A stretch of 64,000 bases of DNA. Source: Nymphaea colorata (taxonomy: Eukaryota). Below the pieces are notes generated by a model that saw only the letters and a program-made list of their open reading frames with translations, was not told the DNA's origin and ran no database searches. Positions within the stretch are counted from its first letter, which is position 1, and each line of letters opens with the position of its first letter. Location of the stretch: the NCBI RefSeq assembly GCF_008831285.2, contig NC_045138.2, positions 36,084,001-36,148,000 on the forward strand. Direction: 5' to 3'. Positions 12,050 through 24,632 of this stretch are shown in pieces. The translations under genes were made by a program, and so were the position numbers.

Positions 12050-15000
12050 AAGCTGGGGCCTTGCACTTGGCTTTAGCTCGATTCTCCTTGGTTGGTTAAG
12101 TGTTTTTGTGTTCATTGATTGCACGAGGCTCCTGGGTTTTGACGCTGCTGCCCACGTTCCCAAAGGCACTTGCTTCGTGCTTTTTGCCCTGCCAAGGGAC
12201 ACACCCGGACTCTTTGAATCTAATAAGATCGGATCCATCTGTCTCTCCATATGATAAAACAATTTTCTGCCAGATTCCGAGTCGAAACCCACCGACCCTC
12301 CCTCTGGCTGCCCGTGCATTCACTGTTTGGCCTTTGAAAAAAGCATGCAAAAGAAACCGACCCATCGTTTAGCCGAGCCTATCAAGTTCCTGTTCCTGCA
12401 TCGAACCTCATTAATGTTGCTGTCAAAAAACCATGCTTCAGGGACCAGTTCATCACTGAAAAGCAAGCCAAAAGTTGGAAAAAAAAGGCATCTTCTTATA
12501 GCTAGGCTTTTATTCTGGTTCTCCTTGAGGGGGCAGGGGGCGTTGTTCAGACCAGTTCCTAGCGTTGTACCTTGTGGTATGGGGCCCCTTTGGGAGAGGA
12601 GAGATCACGCTGTTTGTGGCAGAGTTCAGATGGGTCACTGCCCTAGTAGGTGGTAGGGTCCCCCCCCCCCCCCCCCCCCCCCCTAGTTTCTTTAAGCAAG
12701 ATGCATTTAAGTGGGCGGCTGGGTGTACCGACTGCTTCCTGACGGCCGGGATGATTCGAGACACCGAGTAGTTGTTTCCTATACTTTCACGATCGAGGTC
12801 GAGGCCGCTGCAAAAACTGAACCTAAATTTATCCTCCTTTATTCTACGATTATGATAATCTTTATCCAGGGAAGGATTCTCAGGCTATGCTGGACGCACA
12901 TAAGTCCCACGTCACTTGAAACTTTTTTTTTTGTTTTTTTGTTTTATTTCCCAGATGATGCTGCGGTATCTAATTCTTAGTTATTGCTGCGACTTCTATA
13001 TGTGTCACAGAGATCGTTGTTGAGAAACTATTTTCAACATCTAAATCAATGGAGTTGATCATGAACTGGAAACGGTAAAACATCTGGTAAAAGAAAATTA
13101 GAAAAGAGCGACAAATGCATGAAGAGACATGTGGGCTTTAGATCTTCCCTTCAAGCCAATATGTTGGTTAAATCGTTTTGAAAACGTAAACTAGGTTGGA
13201 GAGAGGGAGTTAATTTTACGATTGACCCACACAGAAGAGAAGAAGCACCTATGTCGGGGGCAGTGGTCCTTGGATACCCATTCTATTCGTAGGGGGCTTT
13301 TATTTACCTAGGTTTTCTCCCACTCATGTACAATAGTGCTAGTGGGAGTTTTTAATGTGGCAAATCCAATATACCAATTTAATAGCGTATGGCATTAGCG
13401 AGTTAGCATGGCTATAAATTGTGAAGATGACCAATCCTGTTGTAAAGTAGGAGGAAGCTTTATTATTTAATTGTGAATAATTTACGCACCTTCATCAATA
13501 GAGAATGTTAAAAGTCAACACGCTGAACGATCTCTATAATAATAGATACTGTGAGTCCTGCAGGATTCGGTACACAGCTTCTATCGAAGGTCCCTTTTGC
13601 CAGCTTTCATTTATTATCAATCTGAAGCGTATGCCACCTCTGCTTCCCTCAATAAATTACCGAAAAAAATAATAATAATACCAGTCCCTGTCTTATGTTT
13701 TGGATTTATGCACTTTTATTTTTGGTGGCATCAAAGCATCCATCGAGATTTCTTCTGTAGCAAGAATTCTTTACTTGCCTTAGGTGAAGAATAATATGAA
13801 AAAAAATTAAAGGAATCTGGATGCTATCGTTGAAGTTTTTCCACAGCCCATGACACATTGCCAGGCGGGAGCTGAGGGAGAGTAATTTCCGGTACCAGCA
13901 CTGCCATATGGCAGATCAATGTTTCTCAAGTAAGGGGATGTTGCTTTCACCTTGACAATGCACTGTCCATCTGTATGATCCAGAAGGATGGCAAGGGGCC
14001 CTCGTTCGGTCCTCTTCAATGCTCAGAAATCGAACAACAGTTCAAAAGGGAGGGATTAAGCGCGACAGCTTTGTGCTTGACCGCCTCTAGTTATCCTTTA
14101 GCTTACCACACAGTTGTTCGTTCGGATTGGTTGCTTGCGGTAGACCCTACGTAAGGCTCATCATCTCCAGATCTTGCGCGTCCCTTTCTTCTAGCAGGAC
14201 AGTAGTGGTTTCCTAGGTGCCAGCTCTATTTCGCTGGGCTTTGTTTATTGCTCGTAGATAATATTTTCGAGAACGGTCTTGATATTCCACCTCACAATCC
14301 ATACACAGAGAAGGTTGGATTAAATTCATGGTGTATTTGTGCTAAACCTGGCTTTCAGACAACAGGAAATTCCGTGATACTTAGGAGCTGAAGCCATTAA
14401 AATCTGTATTTTCTTATCGTGTTTTCTTGCATAAACGGCTAGATTCTCATCCTCACTTGCTCGGGTCCTTCCATCTCATCCGCATCCCACCTTCCCACTG
14501 CGTACTGTATTTATGGCCGTCCGCTTCCAGTACTTTGTTGACATCATCTCTTTCCAAATGTCGGCAAGCTTCTTGTCAATCTCCGCAAAGGAGATGCATC
14601 TCGAGTATCGAACTGTTTGTTTCTTCAATTTGATGGTCTTACATCCAAGCCTTATCATAGGTGAATGGAGCATTTGTTCATCGTATTGATATGTTTTGCT
14701 TGGGTTACCATCCAATGCGTACGTACCTAGTCTTGAGCCTAGCCTAATTTTGATATCATGCTCTCCACTCTTGCACGCTGTCATGTCATTTCAGTCGGCG
14801 ACTTCGCTTTCGGTGAAAAAGGGCACTCATGTCCTGGGGCAGTTGTCCGGTTCTGCAGCCAGACATCCTTTTTCTCGTTGTTAGCCACCTTCCAAACTTG
14901 GGGTTCGACTCTGCTTTCGCGATCCATCTCCCATTCTTGAAGACACTTGGAACTTTGATTTTCGAGTTCATTTCTCTTCTTATTCAAATAATTCACGGAT

Positions 15001-15530
15001 TCTGCTATGTAATTAGAGGACAAACTGATACAGCTATTATGGTCGTACGCTATGTATTTGAAAACATGTAACTAAAAATTCACCAGAATTTGATAGTGCA
15101 AGTTGGATTCCGAGAGATGATAAAGTTAAAACTGGTAGGCTTGAAATCTTTATAAAAACGGAATGTGCATAAAGAATTTTCGTATGTTCTTCGTCACTTT
15201 ATAGTTTTCACCATTCTGCGCTTGCTTCATATAAGGTCATGTTATATATATCTATGTGTGTGTGTGTGTGAAAGATTGGTCAACTCTGGAAGTCGGGACC
15301 CATGTGGACGACTTTCAAGTCATGGGCTACCAACCACTAGGGTGTGTGGTGTCGTTTTGCTCATCTTTAGGGATAGTAAACAAGGGGCAACTAGGTGCCA
15401 TGTCAAAGCAGCCGCGTCCAAAGTTTGATTCCTTCTCACCAGAGGACAAAAATTGCAGCATGTGGACCAAGTCCAGGGTCAAGTTTTCTAATAGGACCAT
15501 GTACGAGGCTTGAGTCATCTACCTCGTCCC
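12050..15530 (-). mobile_element. possible highly degraded L1-type LINE relic
   Basis: Scattered minus-strand peptides resemble LINE ORF2 motifs in the expected order: WLVAHDLKVV (15307-15336; cf. WLVAGDFN), APFTYDKAW (cf. PFRFE..W), KEMMSTKYWKR (cf. EEIYWKQR), IIWRDRWI near 12.25 kb (cf. FWKDRW). Matches are weak and boundaries approximate. Confidence 0.3.
12660..12683. repeat. poly(C) tract, 24 nt
   Basis: Uninterrupted C run. Confidence 0.9.
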
Positions 15531-17953
15531 TATCTCACCCAATTGTTTGCTCACTGATTGCAGTTGGGATTAATTGGCCTTAAAAAAATATGTGCACTAC
15601 TACTAATTCAAATAGTAAAGTGATAATAATTGGAGGATGCGGGCCTGCGTGTTGAAGCACTAAAAAAATGGGATGATAAAGGAATTCTGCGAGACTCTGA
15701 TCATCTGTAGTCGCAGAGAATGGCGGAGGTTTATGTTGGTGCGTCAAGCCCTGCATTATTCATATTCGGCTGCAAAAGATAACATAAACGGCTGGGAATT
15801 AGATTGTGGAAGGAGGGAGCAAAGGCAGCGTAATCAGATTTGGCTGCAAAATATAGCAGGAAGAAGTGCAATACTGAATGTGCATAGAGAGGGGAAACAA
15901 GAGAATTTTGGCGGTGTCCTCCACATGGTTTGGTTCTTCAGAATCACGACGTTAATGTCAGTGTTGCTAGAACAAAGTCGAGCAGTGGAATTTTGAGAGC
16001 TTGACTGGTTATTCATCTGTTCGGTCCTCGAAGTTCTTTTCACAAACAAATAATTTGATCTGGACATATCCTTTTTTTTTCTTGGGGCAAATTATTGATG
16101 CAGATGGCAACGTGGAGCACGCCACTAGCAAGGTAAAGATAGAGTTGGCTCTAAAGAAGAATCTAACATCCTGGTTTCGGAGGCCACTACTACTTTTTTA
16201 TAACCATCTGATCAATAATGGCTATCAGAGGGAGGACTCATGAATGAAGGTGAATCCTTGTACATTTTGCTTTCAATCTCGACAGGCAGGCCCATGTTCT
16301 ATCGTACCTACCAAACGTGGTGAAGAAAAGAAGGATTTGTTCTAACATGACATGAACGTGATTGGCTAGACTTAGATGTTGAGATCCTGATAATTTTGAG
16401 ACCCACGATTTCAAGTTGATATCCTTTCAAAACTTTTGGATAATGTAAACTGGGAACGAAGGGTTCTAAGGATCTCAGCTATGCGGCTGCGTTGGTGTGA
16501 ATTGGGTTGAAGCGGAACTTACTATTGGAGTTGACGGATCCAGTTCGATGTATGTCTTTTTTTTTTTTTTTCTTGTACATTCATTTTCTTCGTTCAATGA
16601 TATTTTTTTGTTGAAAATTTTTAAATAAAAAAAAAAAAAAAACACTGGCTCTCATCCTTCCTCGATCTGATGATCTTAGTTTGAGAAACCGAGAACGTAG
16701 TTTTTTCCGCATCGGGGCTATAAATGTAAGTTCGTTTTGACTTTGAAAGTCCACTTTTAGAGTCAGCCAAGAGAGGAGAAGTTGGGGGCATGGCACGGGA
16801 ACGGGAACGGGAACGGAAGCTGTGGTTATAGACGGCCGGGCTTCTTATTCGCAATTGCGCGCGCCGACCGATACAGATTACTAGCATTTACTAAACTATT
16901 TTTAGCGGGAAAAGAACATGAACCAACCATCCTGGTTAAAGATAGATAGATAGGTGACGTTTGATGATGCTGAGCTTCCTACTCAAAAGCGAAAACAGGT
17001 AACGACTCGATGCTTCCCTGTTAATTAACGAGAGGAAGTTTGTTCTCTCTCTTTTTTCTTTTTGGTAAAAGTGATTAAGAAAAGCTTTGAGGAGAGCCAA
17101 TAAATGAAGTGAACAAAAGCCAACGACCAGAAAAACGCGGAATTGGGGTGCGTGTTGATGTTACACTTGGCACTGGGGACCGAGCGAGAAGCTTCTCTTG
17201 CTTTAGGGAGGGCTCGTCGGTTCCCAAGACGAGACACACACGACACGACTTGGACATCTTAATTTTGATTGATCCTTGTGTGAGTCGCTAAGCTAAGCAC
17301 GCTTCTGGAATCCCTAGGGAGTAAGCCTTGAATTCTTTCTCGGCTCTTCTTAATACAATATGCTTCTCTCTTTTCATAACGAGGGCGAGTCTCAAAATTT
17401 ACTGACGACCCATACGCTTTTTTCCCTAAATCTATATTCATGCAATTATTTCACTTATAGTTGTGTTCCCATCACAGAGACGTGAGGAGTGCCGTCATGA
17501 ATATGAGAGGGAGGGCGAAGGGCTTTGTGTCTATGGACCCACAATCTCAACCACTCTGCACCTGCTGTCTGCCGATGGGCACATGCGACGAGGGAAACGA
17601 CCAAACATCGCGAGTCCACAAAGTCAAATTCCACGCGAGATGGTCGCATCTCCCAACGCGCACCACCCCCCTCTTCCGTTTTGACTTCTCAGTCAATTCT
17701 CCATTTCTTTAAATATAATATAACGCAGACGAGTTTCAAAAATGAGGGAACCGAGGCAGTCGATAGATAGAACTCTAGAAACGAAGAAGAAGAAAGAGAG
17801 ATGCGTATCTACAAAAGGGGAAAAGAAGTACAAGAGAGTGGCGACCCCATCCCATAAGGAATCCCCCGCTAAACTAAAAGGAAAAAGAAGAAAGACACCA
17901 AAAACAAAGAAAAAAACAAGGAAAATTAAGAAAAAAAAAACTTCCATTGCTGA

Positions 17954-18604
17954 TCACATAACGCGCCAAGACTCCAACGTAGGGAAGGACGTGGGGAAGG
18001 TGGGGAAGTCGAGTGTCGGGTTCGCTTGTACTGTTTCGAACCCGAAGCGGTCCGTCTGAACCGAGACGGGGTGGTTCAGCAGGAAGGCCGACGTGTCCAG
18101 AGTGGGAAGCATCCCCCCGCCCGCCGCTCCGACGTGCAAACCGGACTGAGGCCTCTGAGGCTCGGGTTTCAGGATGAGGGAGCTTCCTCCCAGGGCCGTG
18201 GGGCACCGGATTCCCGTGATCTGCTGGACCATCTGGCGGAAGTTCGCGGGGTCGGCGTTGATGAACGTCGTCGGCGACTTCTTCGACGCGCGGGACTTCC
18301 TCTTGGAGATGCGCCCGGTGGGGGGAGGGGCGACGGTGGTCCGACGGCTGGAAGCGGGGAGGGACCCGTCTGTCTCTGAGCTCGTGGCGCTCGTGGTAGT
18401 AGTGGCGGTGGTGGTGATGGTGCCTGCGAGGGAGGCCGGCTTGGGGAGGGATGCGAGGGAGTCCGTGTTGCAGATCTCGAGCTGAAGTGCCCGCGTCAGG
18501 GCGTCCGTCTCGCGGCTCATGAGGGTCTCCGAAAACCAGGAATCGACGGTCAGAGGTGACCGGAAGGCCCATGTGTCGAGGCTAGAGCAGTCCTGAGACG
18601 CCAT
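17954..18604 (-). CDS. VQ-motif protein (CaMBP25/VQ15-like), 216 aa, uninterrupted CDS
   Basis: Contains KRKSRASKKSPTTFINADPANFRQMVQQITG (FxxxVQxxTG motif), N-terminal RETDALTRALQ, LPTLDTSAFLL and C-terminal FPTLESW. Confidence 0.95.
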   Translation of the reverse strand: MASQDCSSLDTWAFRSPLTVDSWFSETLMSRETDALTRALQLEICNTDSLASLPKPASLAGTITTTATTTTSATSSETDGSLPASSRRTTVAPPPTGRISKRKSRASKKSPTTFINADPANFRQMVQQITGIRCPTALGGSSLILKPEPQRPQSGLHVGAAGGGMLPTLDTSAFLLNHPVSVQTDRFGFETVQANPTLDFPTFPTSFPTLESWRVM

Positions 18605-19640
18605 GGCTTCTCTTCTCTCCTCGGAAATTCTAACAAAAAGGCCTCAGCCAAGTGTTGGACCTTCGACTTAACTGACGACCGATTGAAGATCAATGCCTCT
18701 CTTTTCTCCCTTTCCAAAAGGAACTAGTTGGTACTTTCAAGGAATGGAGGCAGAGAATGGAACGGTCCCAGAGCCTCCAGAGAGAAGAGAGTCGGCTCTG
18801 CAGTAAGGGACAAAGCGGTGGCGGAATATTCGAAGCAACTCCGAAGGGGATATGGGTTACAGGGAAGAAGCTTCCTGGAGAAGAGTTACAGAGGTATGAA
18901 GAGAAGGAAATGACGAAAAGCTCCACGACAAAAACGAGCAAATGCTAGCAAAAAAGGGGATAGGCTAGGGCTATGAGAAAGAACATGAGTTGTACTGTAT
19001 TCCTGAGCTTTCTACGAAAATCAAACCAAATGCACGAGACACTGCAGAGATCTTCGAAATGCCAGGCAGAAGAAAGGGCTAGTCCCTTATCCAGAGATTT
19101 TACTGAAACTTCTCGAAGAAAACCCACTAAACTCAGGCTAACGAACCACGAAAGACTGAACCTAATCCCAGATACCCCTAGATCCCAATTCAGGACACCG
19201 ATCCCAATCGTCTCTCACATCTCAAGGGAAAGACCAGCAACAGAGAGGGAGGAAGGGGGCACTCCTGCAGTCACGACAGTTACGTATGTATACACTTGAC
19301 AGTTGCGTGCGAGAGAAGCAACTGCGCGCCTCTACCAAAGAATCAGAACGTTTTCCTTTTTCGGACGCCGGAAGGCCCCCAGTAAATGAGTCTGGTTCGC
19401 CGGAGGACGATCACAATCCCCTCGGAAAACGAGAAGTTCAGTCGAGAGCCTCTCTCTCCGAGATGGACAAACCGGCAACACACTATCGCGTAATTCTCAC
19501 TCTCTGTGTTCACTGATGAGCGAGTGGGAGAAGGAGGGAGGGATGCAATCCTGAGAGGAGGAGGGAGGGAGGCAGAAAGAAGGAGCGAGAAGGAGGACGG
19601 ATGATGGAGATAAGGAGGAGGACGCCTAGAGCCTCGGTAC

Positions 19641-19860
19641 GCTTAAATAGGTTGGACCCCCTCGACCGCAACCGCGTCATCGAGCTCCACGTGGCACGCC
19701 CATCGGTACGGTCTCCCGGGGTGGGACCCGCTCCTTAAACCCTTGGGTTGGGTTAAAGTTAAGAGGCGTCGCAGTGATGGCCGATGGGGAGAGAGCACCA
19801 GTCAGCGCGCCAAGTTGACCGTCAAAACGCGTTGCCCTCGACGGCCCCCCACGTGGTCCG
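19641..19860 (-). promoter_or_regulatory. putative VQ gene promoter
   Basis: TATA-like TATTTAAG on - (~19642-19649), G-boxes CCACGTGG (~19687, ~19849) and overlapping W-box cores TTGACCGTCAA (19815-19825), upstream of a CT-rich leader. Confidence 0.45.
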
Positions 19861-22568
19861 AAATGACGGAATGGCCCCTTCCATGCCCTACCCCTACGTT
19901 CTGTAATTCCCACGGGATTTCAGCGCTCTGGGAGGGTAGTTTTGGACCGGGCATGGGCTTTGGCCTCTCACGGGGTGGTATCATCCTTTTGGTCGAAAAT
20001 AACCCTCCTTCTCCCTCTCCAACCCGGCTTCCAGAACATGTCGAGTCAGAAGAGATATAATAAAATCATTCACGTCCCTTAGCCAGAAAAGGCTTCCGAG
20101 CTAACCGCCCATCGATTAAACCCCGCCCCCGTTCTGAGTTGGGCTCCGGCCGGCCAGGAGCCCCTTCTCGTCGGTCCCCGCCATCTCTCTCTGATCCTGG
20201 TCCGACTCGATTCTAATAAAAAAAATAAAAATATTTATATTTTGTATTCAGAATAAAAATGCAAAAAAAAAAAAAGAATACATACAATTATGTATTCTTG
20301 TTTGAGGTCAAGTACCCAAAAATATGTCGGACATCCAGCAAGATGCCCATTTTTAATAAAAAGGAATTGGCTAACTTTAATTTATCTTTGAGCTTAGCCT
20401 AGCTGGAGTCTACTCCAACAAGCAAGAAAAGATTAGCCAGTTAGATACTTGATTGTGATCGTGCTTAACCATTTTTTCTTTAACTAGTTTTGATGTTAAA
20501 ACAAGACGTCTTAAATATCTATTTTGCAGGGCATCTAAATGCCCTTGTCTACTTTGAAACAAAATTCTTAGACTTTGAGATCCACAGATCTAAACTCAAA
20601 ACCTCCCTTTTATCTTAGATCATACTTTTTTGGGGATGAAAGAAAATAAAATTGGGGTTGCAATTATGAATCGTAACTTTGACTATAAGATCTTTAATGG
20701 AATAAATCGTGGATTTTTTTACTGCATTTGCAAAAACATGCTGCATCAGTGTACATAAACGATGTGTTTTTAAAAAGAGCAACCCCTGAACGCGTCCACT
20801 TTTTTGCACATTACAGTGCAGAAAATGCAATGCAGCGTTCCTGTTATCCAGTGCCTTTTGATGTTTTGCCTGTCAATTTATTTATCACCATCTAATGTCG
20901 AACTCAGCCTCACTTTTTTAAATCTTACTACGTTCCAAAAACAAAGTATTCATGTTATTGGATACTCTTTAAAAGTAGTTTGACAACGAAAACATTTGTA
21001 CCATGAATCACTCAAAAATTTAGATTGATTCATAAAGCACTGTCGTATGATGTTTTATGAATTTCACCCAACCGTTGGAACATAAACTTACCAAACAATA
21101 ACAAAAGCAAAATATTATAGTTGCTAAAGGATTTCTTAAAGCTCATTCATTTGTGAATGTCTCGTGTGAATCTATATTCATAAAACACTTACAAACTATT
21201 CCCCTGTTATCTTTCCTATAAATTTATCAAGTATTGAACAAAATACTCTATGCCGCCACATTTATTGGAAGGGTTTGTTTTTATTCTTAACGTATACCAT
21301 TTGCGAATCTTTCGTAGAAACAGGTGAGGTGACGGGGCCCGTTTCTAAAACTCCTCCAAAGCGTGACCCTCAAGCGAGGCAGGTCCCCGAAGGGCAGTCC
21401 CGTCATTCCGCAGTGCGACTGACTTTGGGATGTGTTGTGTTGTTGTCCTCATCCCAGCAAGCCAAAGCAACTTGCCGGATAAACAAAGGCCCAGTATAAG
21501 GCTAATCTGGTAATTTTGCCCCATTCACCTCGGTGATTACGGACGGGGGGGGGGGTGTTTTCTGCAAAATCAGTTAGATTGCGCGGCCGCCTGAATATTA
21601 TTTTAATATTCACGAGAATATGCTTCACGACCGCCTGCATGACGCACCTTTCTCGTCACGCTGACGCCTCAGTAGATGGATCAGCCACGCCACGCCGCCT
21701 TCTCGACGGCCATAAATTGGGCGCCCAATTTCTAGCTATTTACTCAGAATTAATGGCGCCATCATAATTTCTCACCCGAGTTACTTTTCGTATTTATTTA
21801 TTTTTATTGCCCCACCCCCCGGTTTATCCGCCGCTAAGCTGCAGGTGTCTCGTTGGCGCGATCGTGAAGCTTTATTGTGGTGTTGCTCTCCATTAATGGA
21901 TCTGGATCCTGTTCAGAGACCATCGTTTACCCTCTCGCAATCGGACTTGTCTTTAACATGTGCTTTGAATTTTTTGCATCTTGTAAATTCATGTGAATAT
22001 TAAGTACCAAGATATCGATTCATCTCCCAACAAGAACATCTCTTGATGGGATGTCGGAACGGGTGATGTTCAATGAAAGCTGATTATACACATCAAGGCA
22101 TGATGTGAAGTTAACAAACGAAGCAGGAAAAAAAGGGTGAGGAGAAGTTGCAAGGAAACGATATGAATGGTTGCAAGGCGATTCAAGTGATGGATCTCAT
22201 CTATCTGATTACCGCAATCTTGGGTGCCAACATCACTTTCTTCCCCGTCCCCGTCTTCTTCTAAGGGTAAGTAAGCATGACATCCTTGGAAGCTACTCCA
22301 AGTTAAAAGGAAGGGACATCAAAAGTTTGAATTTCCATGCCTTCTTGGATGGTGGCAAATTGCTTCTTAGCGCAAGGAATGCTTTAATTACTTCTTACCC
22401 ATATGCTCATGGTGATCAGCATACTATTAGCCTAAAGATGGAAAAATAAATACCATCTCCATGTGGATCTGTCCCTTTTCCAGTCAATATATTTCAAAGT
22501 CCAATATATTTAAAATTTTAATAGTGATTCTAATCAATATATTTGAAAGTCCAAGCACGACCCCGTGG

Positions 22569-22764
22569 CAGGGGCGGGGCCAACGGGGGCTAGCATGGCC
22601 CTCGCTCCGGTTCAAAATTTTTATTTTTAAAAATTTACATATAAATTTTTTAAAGAATTTTACTTGCCTTGTATAAAAATTTTGAAAAGTGATACTTCGA
22701 CCCGTGTTAAAATTTAGAAACTTTAATTCGGCCCCATCATGAAAAATTTCTGGTTGTGCCTCTG
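22569..22764. mobile_element. hAT-like MITE (196 bp)
   Basis: Imperfect TIRs CAGGGGCGGGGCCA / TGGTTGTGCCTCTG, AT-rich interior, degenerate 8-bp TSD ccccgtgg / ccccaagg. Confidence 0.65.
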
Positions 22765-24568
22765 CCCCAAGGCTCTTTGTTCGAGCTCATGGGCAGAGTG
22801 AAATATTTTTAATTTTTTTTTGGGGGGCATACCTGCTGGCCAAGATTGTAGAACACTACTATTTCCATAACTCTTCTTATATGCTTCCGCTTCCGTAGAG
22901 AAAAATCCAAATCTCGACCGTTCGTCTAAATTTTGAATCTATATGATTTGCTTATGTTTTTGCATCATATATTGAAGTAGAGAAGAAGGCTTACGATCTC
23001 TTACGTTTCAAATAACAAAAGACGATATTTTCTACTAGAAAAAAATCACAGTTCATAGCAAATTAAATAGTTAAAATCAAGACCATGACGGAGGAATGCA
23101 GAGAAGCCCAGTTACTTGCCCAATTCGAGTGCGACCATCTTCGCCCAACGCGAGCTCAATGTGAACATGGGAATGAGCCCACTTCCCCCAGGGTAAGTCT
23201 GAAGAGGCCTCCAACCATCACGTGAAGGGCGCGCATGGGCTCCGTATTTGTTTTTCTTTTATCGGACCCATACGTTTCCAAATCTTTCCTTGCTATATTT
23301 TGTACTTTGTCGACCGCCTGTTCCCTACTTGATTATTCAAGTCAAAGCCGCCACCTGACTCGTCTAAGTCAGTCCTTTGACTCCACCAAGTCGTCGCGCC
23401 ATGATCACGGAAAGCCAGGTCCGAGTCGAAGTGGGTCCTTCACGTCTTCGTTTTTATCTACTTGTTTTTTTTTTTTTTTTTTTTTTTAATTTTCGCTTCT
23501 TAATATCGTTGTGGACTTCAAGGGGTTGTCCGCGTCAACCATTGGATTGGGTCTTCTTGATACTGCTGGATCTGTTTGGGTCTACGTTGGACCTGACTCT
23601 CGCTAGCTGCAGGGCTCGGGGGGCGAAGATCTAACTTAGTAATTAGTTATCTTATTGCTGCGTCTTTTTTGGATCTGGGTTATTGAAGTTGTTGCCTTGG
23701 TATTTGATTCAGTCCCTTGCAGTTGGATAAAGCATTCATGATCCGGATAGATCTGATCTTAAACCTCTAACCAAGTGCCCCTCCAGTGCTAGTGTGAAAA
23801 GAATATGGCAATTTTCCCTTTCCCCCCCTTCTACATACCACATATAATATGCGAAGGGAAAATATATCTATATGGTGATACACATTAATGTTTTATGTAA
23901 CTCCGATGCCTTAATCAAAATAATATATGTGTGGAGAATGACTGTCCGGATGAAAAACAACAACAGTTGGAAGATGCTAGCAACCTTTCGCATGGCTGCT
24001 CGAGCGCAGATCTAAAGATAAAAATTGAGAATTAGGTAAAAAAAAAAACAACTAAAATTGTATCGTTTAATTGAAAAAGCCAGTAATCGACATAAATGAA
24101 ACAATGAAGTTCGTATTGGCCGAAGCCGAAAGGAGCATCGGTCTGAGGTTGCCTGCAGCGGCTGATATGGGCCGGCGATGAACAGGAGCGATGATCTTGC
24201 ATTGTTCATAGTCTTGAACAATAAAGATGGCATCTCCGTGGTATGCGTATTTCAAATGCAGTTACTGTCATACTTTATTGTTGGAAAAGAATGGGATTTG
24301 ACATGCCGGACGCTGCCATGAGACGGGCGGCTCCATAATTCATTCACCATTACAAGTCCAAATGTTCTACTTTTTTTTTCGCTACCAGAAGAAACGATCG
24401 GAAGCGAGAATTTTTCAGGGAAAGAGATGAGACTGTTGGGCCACAATTCTTTCCAAGTCAAAACTGAAATCAATCAGGATATTATAGAAAACTGGAGGGG
24501 GAGGGGGAGGGGCCGTCCTCCATCTCTTTCAAGGAAAAAGGACCAAGTAAAGGTGGGAGAGAGAGAGA

Positions 24569-24632
24569 GAAAGATTGCTTCATTAGCATAAAAAAGTGAT
24601 GAAAGATTGCTTGATTAGCATAAAAAAGTGAT
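24569..24632. repeat. 32-bp tandem duplication
   Basis: gaaagattgctt(c/g)attagcataaaaaagtgat twice, one mismatch. Confidence 0.9.

Noticed and set aside
13807..14019. ORF containing MGCGKTST, similar to an NLR P-loop
   Set aside because: No flanking NB-ARC motifs; probably chance or part of the degraded LINE-like region.
14781..15023. IAESVNYLNKKRNEL, similar to bHLH helix 2 or an NLR coiled coil
   Set aside because: No basic/helix-1 exon or NB-ARC nearby, and neighbouring frames are interrupted.
17874..18572. 232-aa overlapping ORF and antisense ORFs over the VQ gene
   Set aside because: Shadow frames of a GC-rich CDS.
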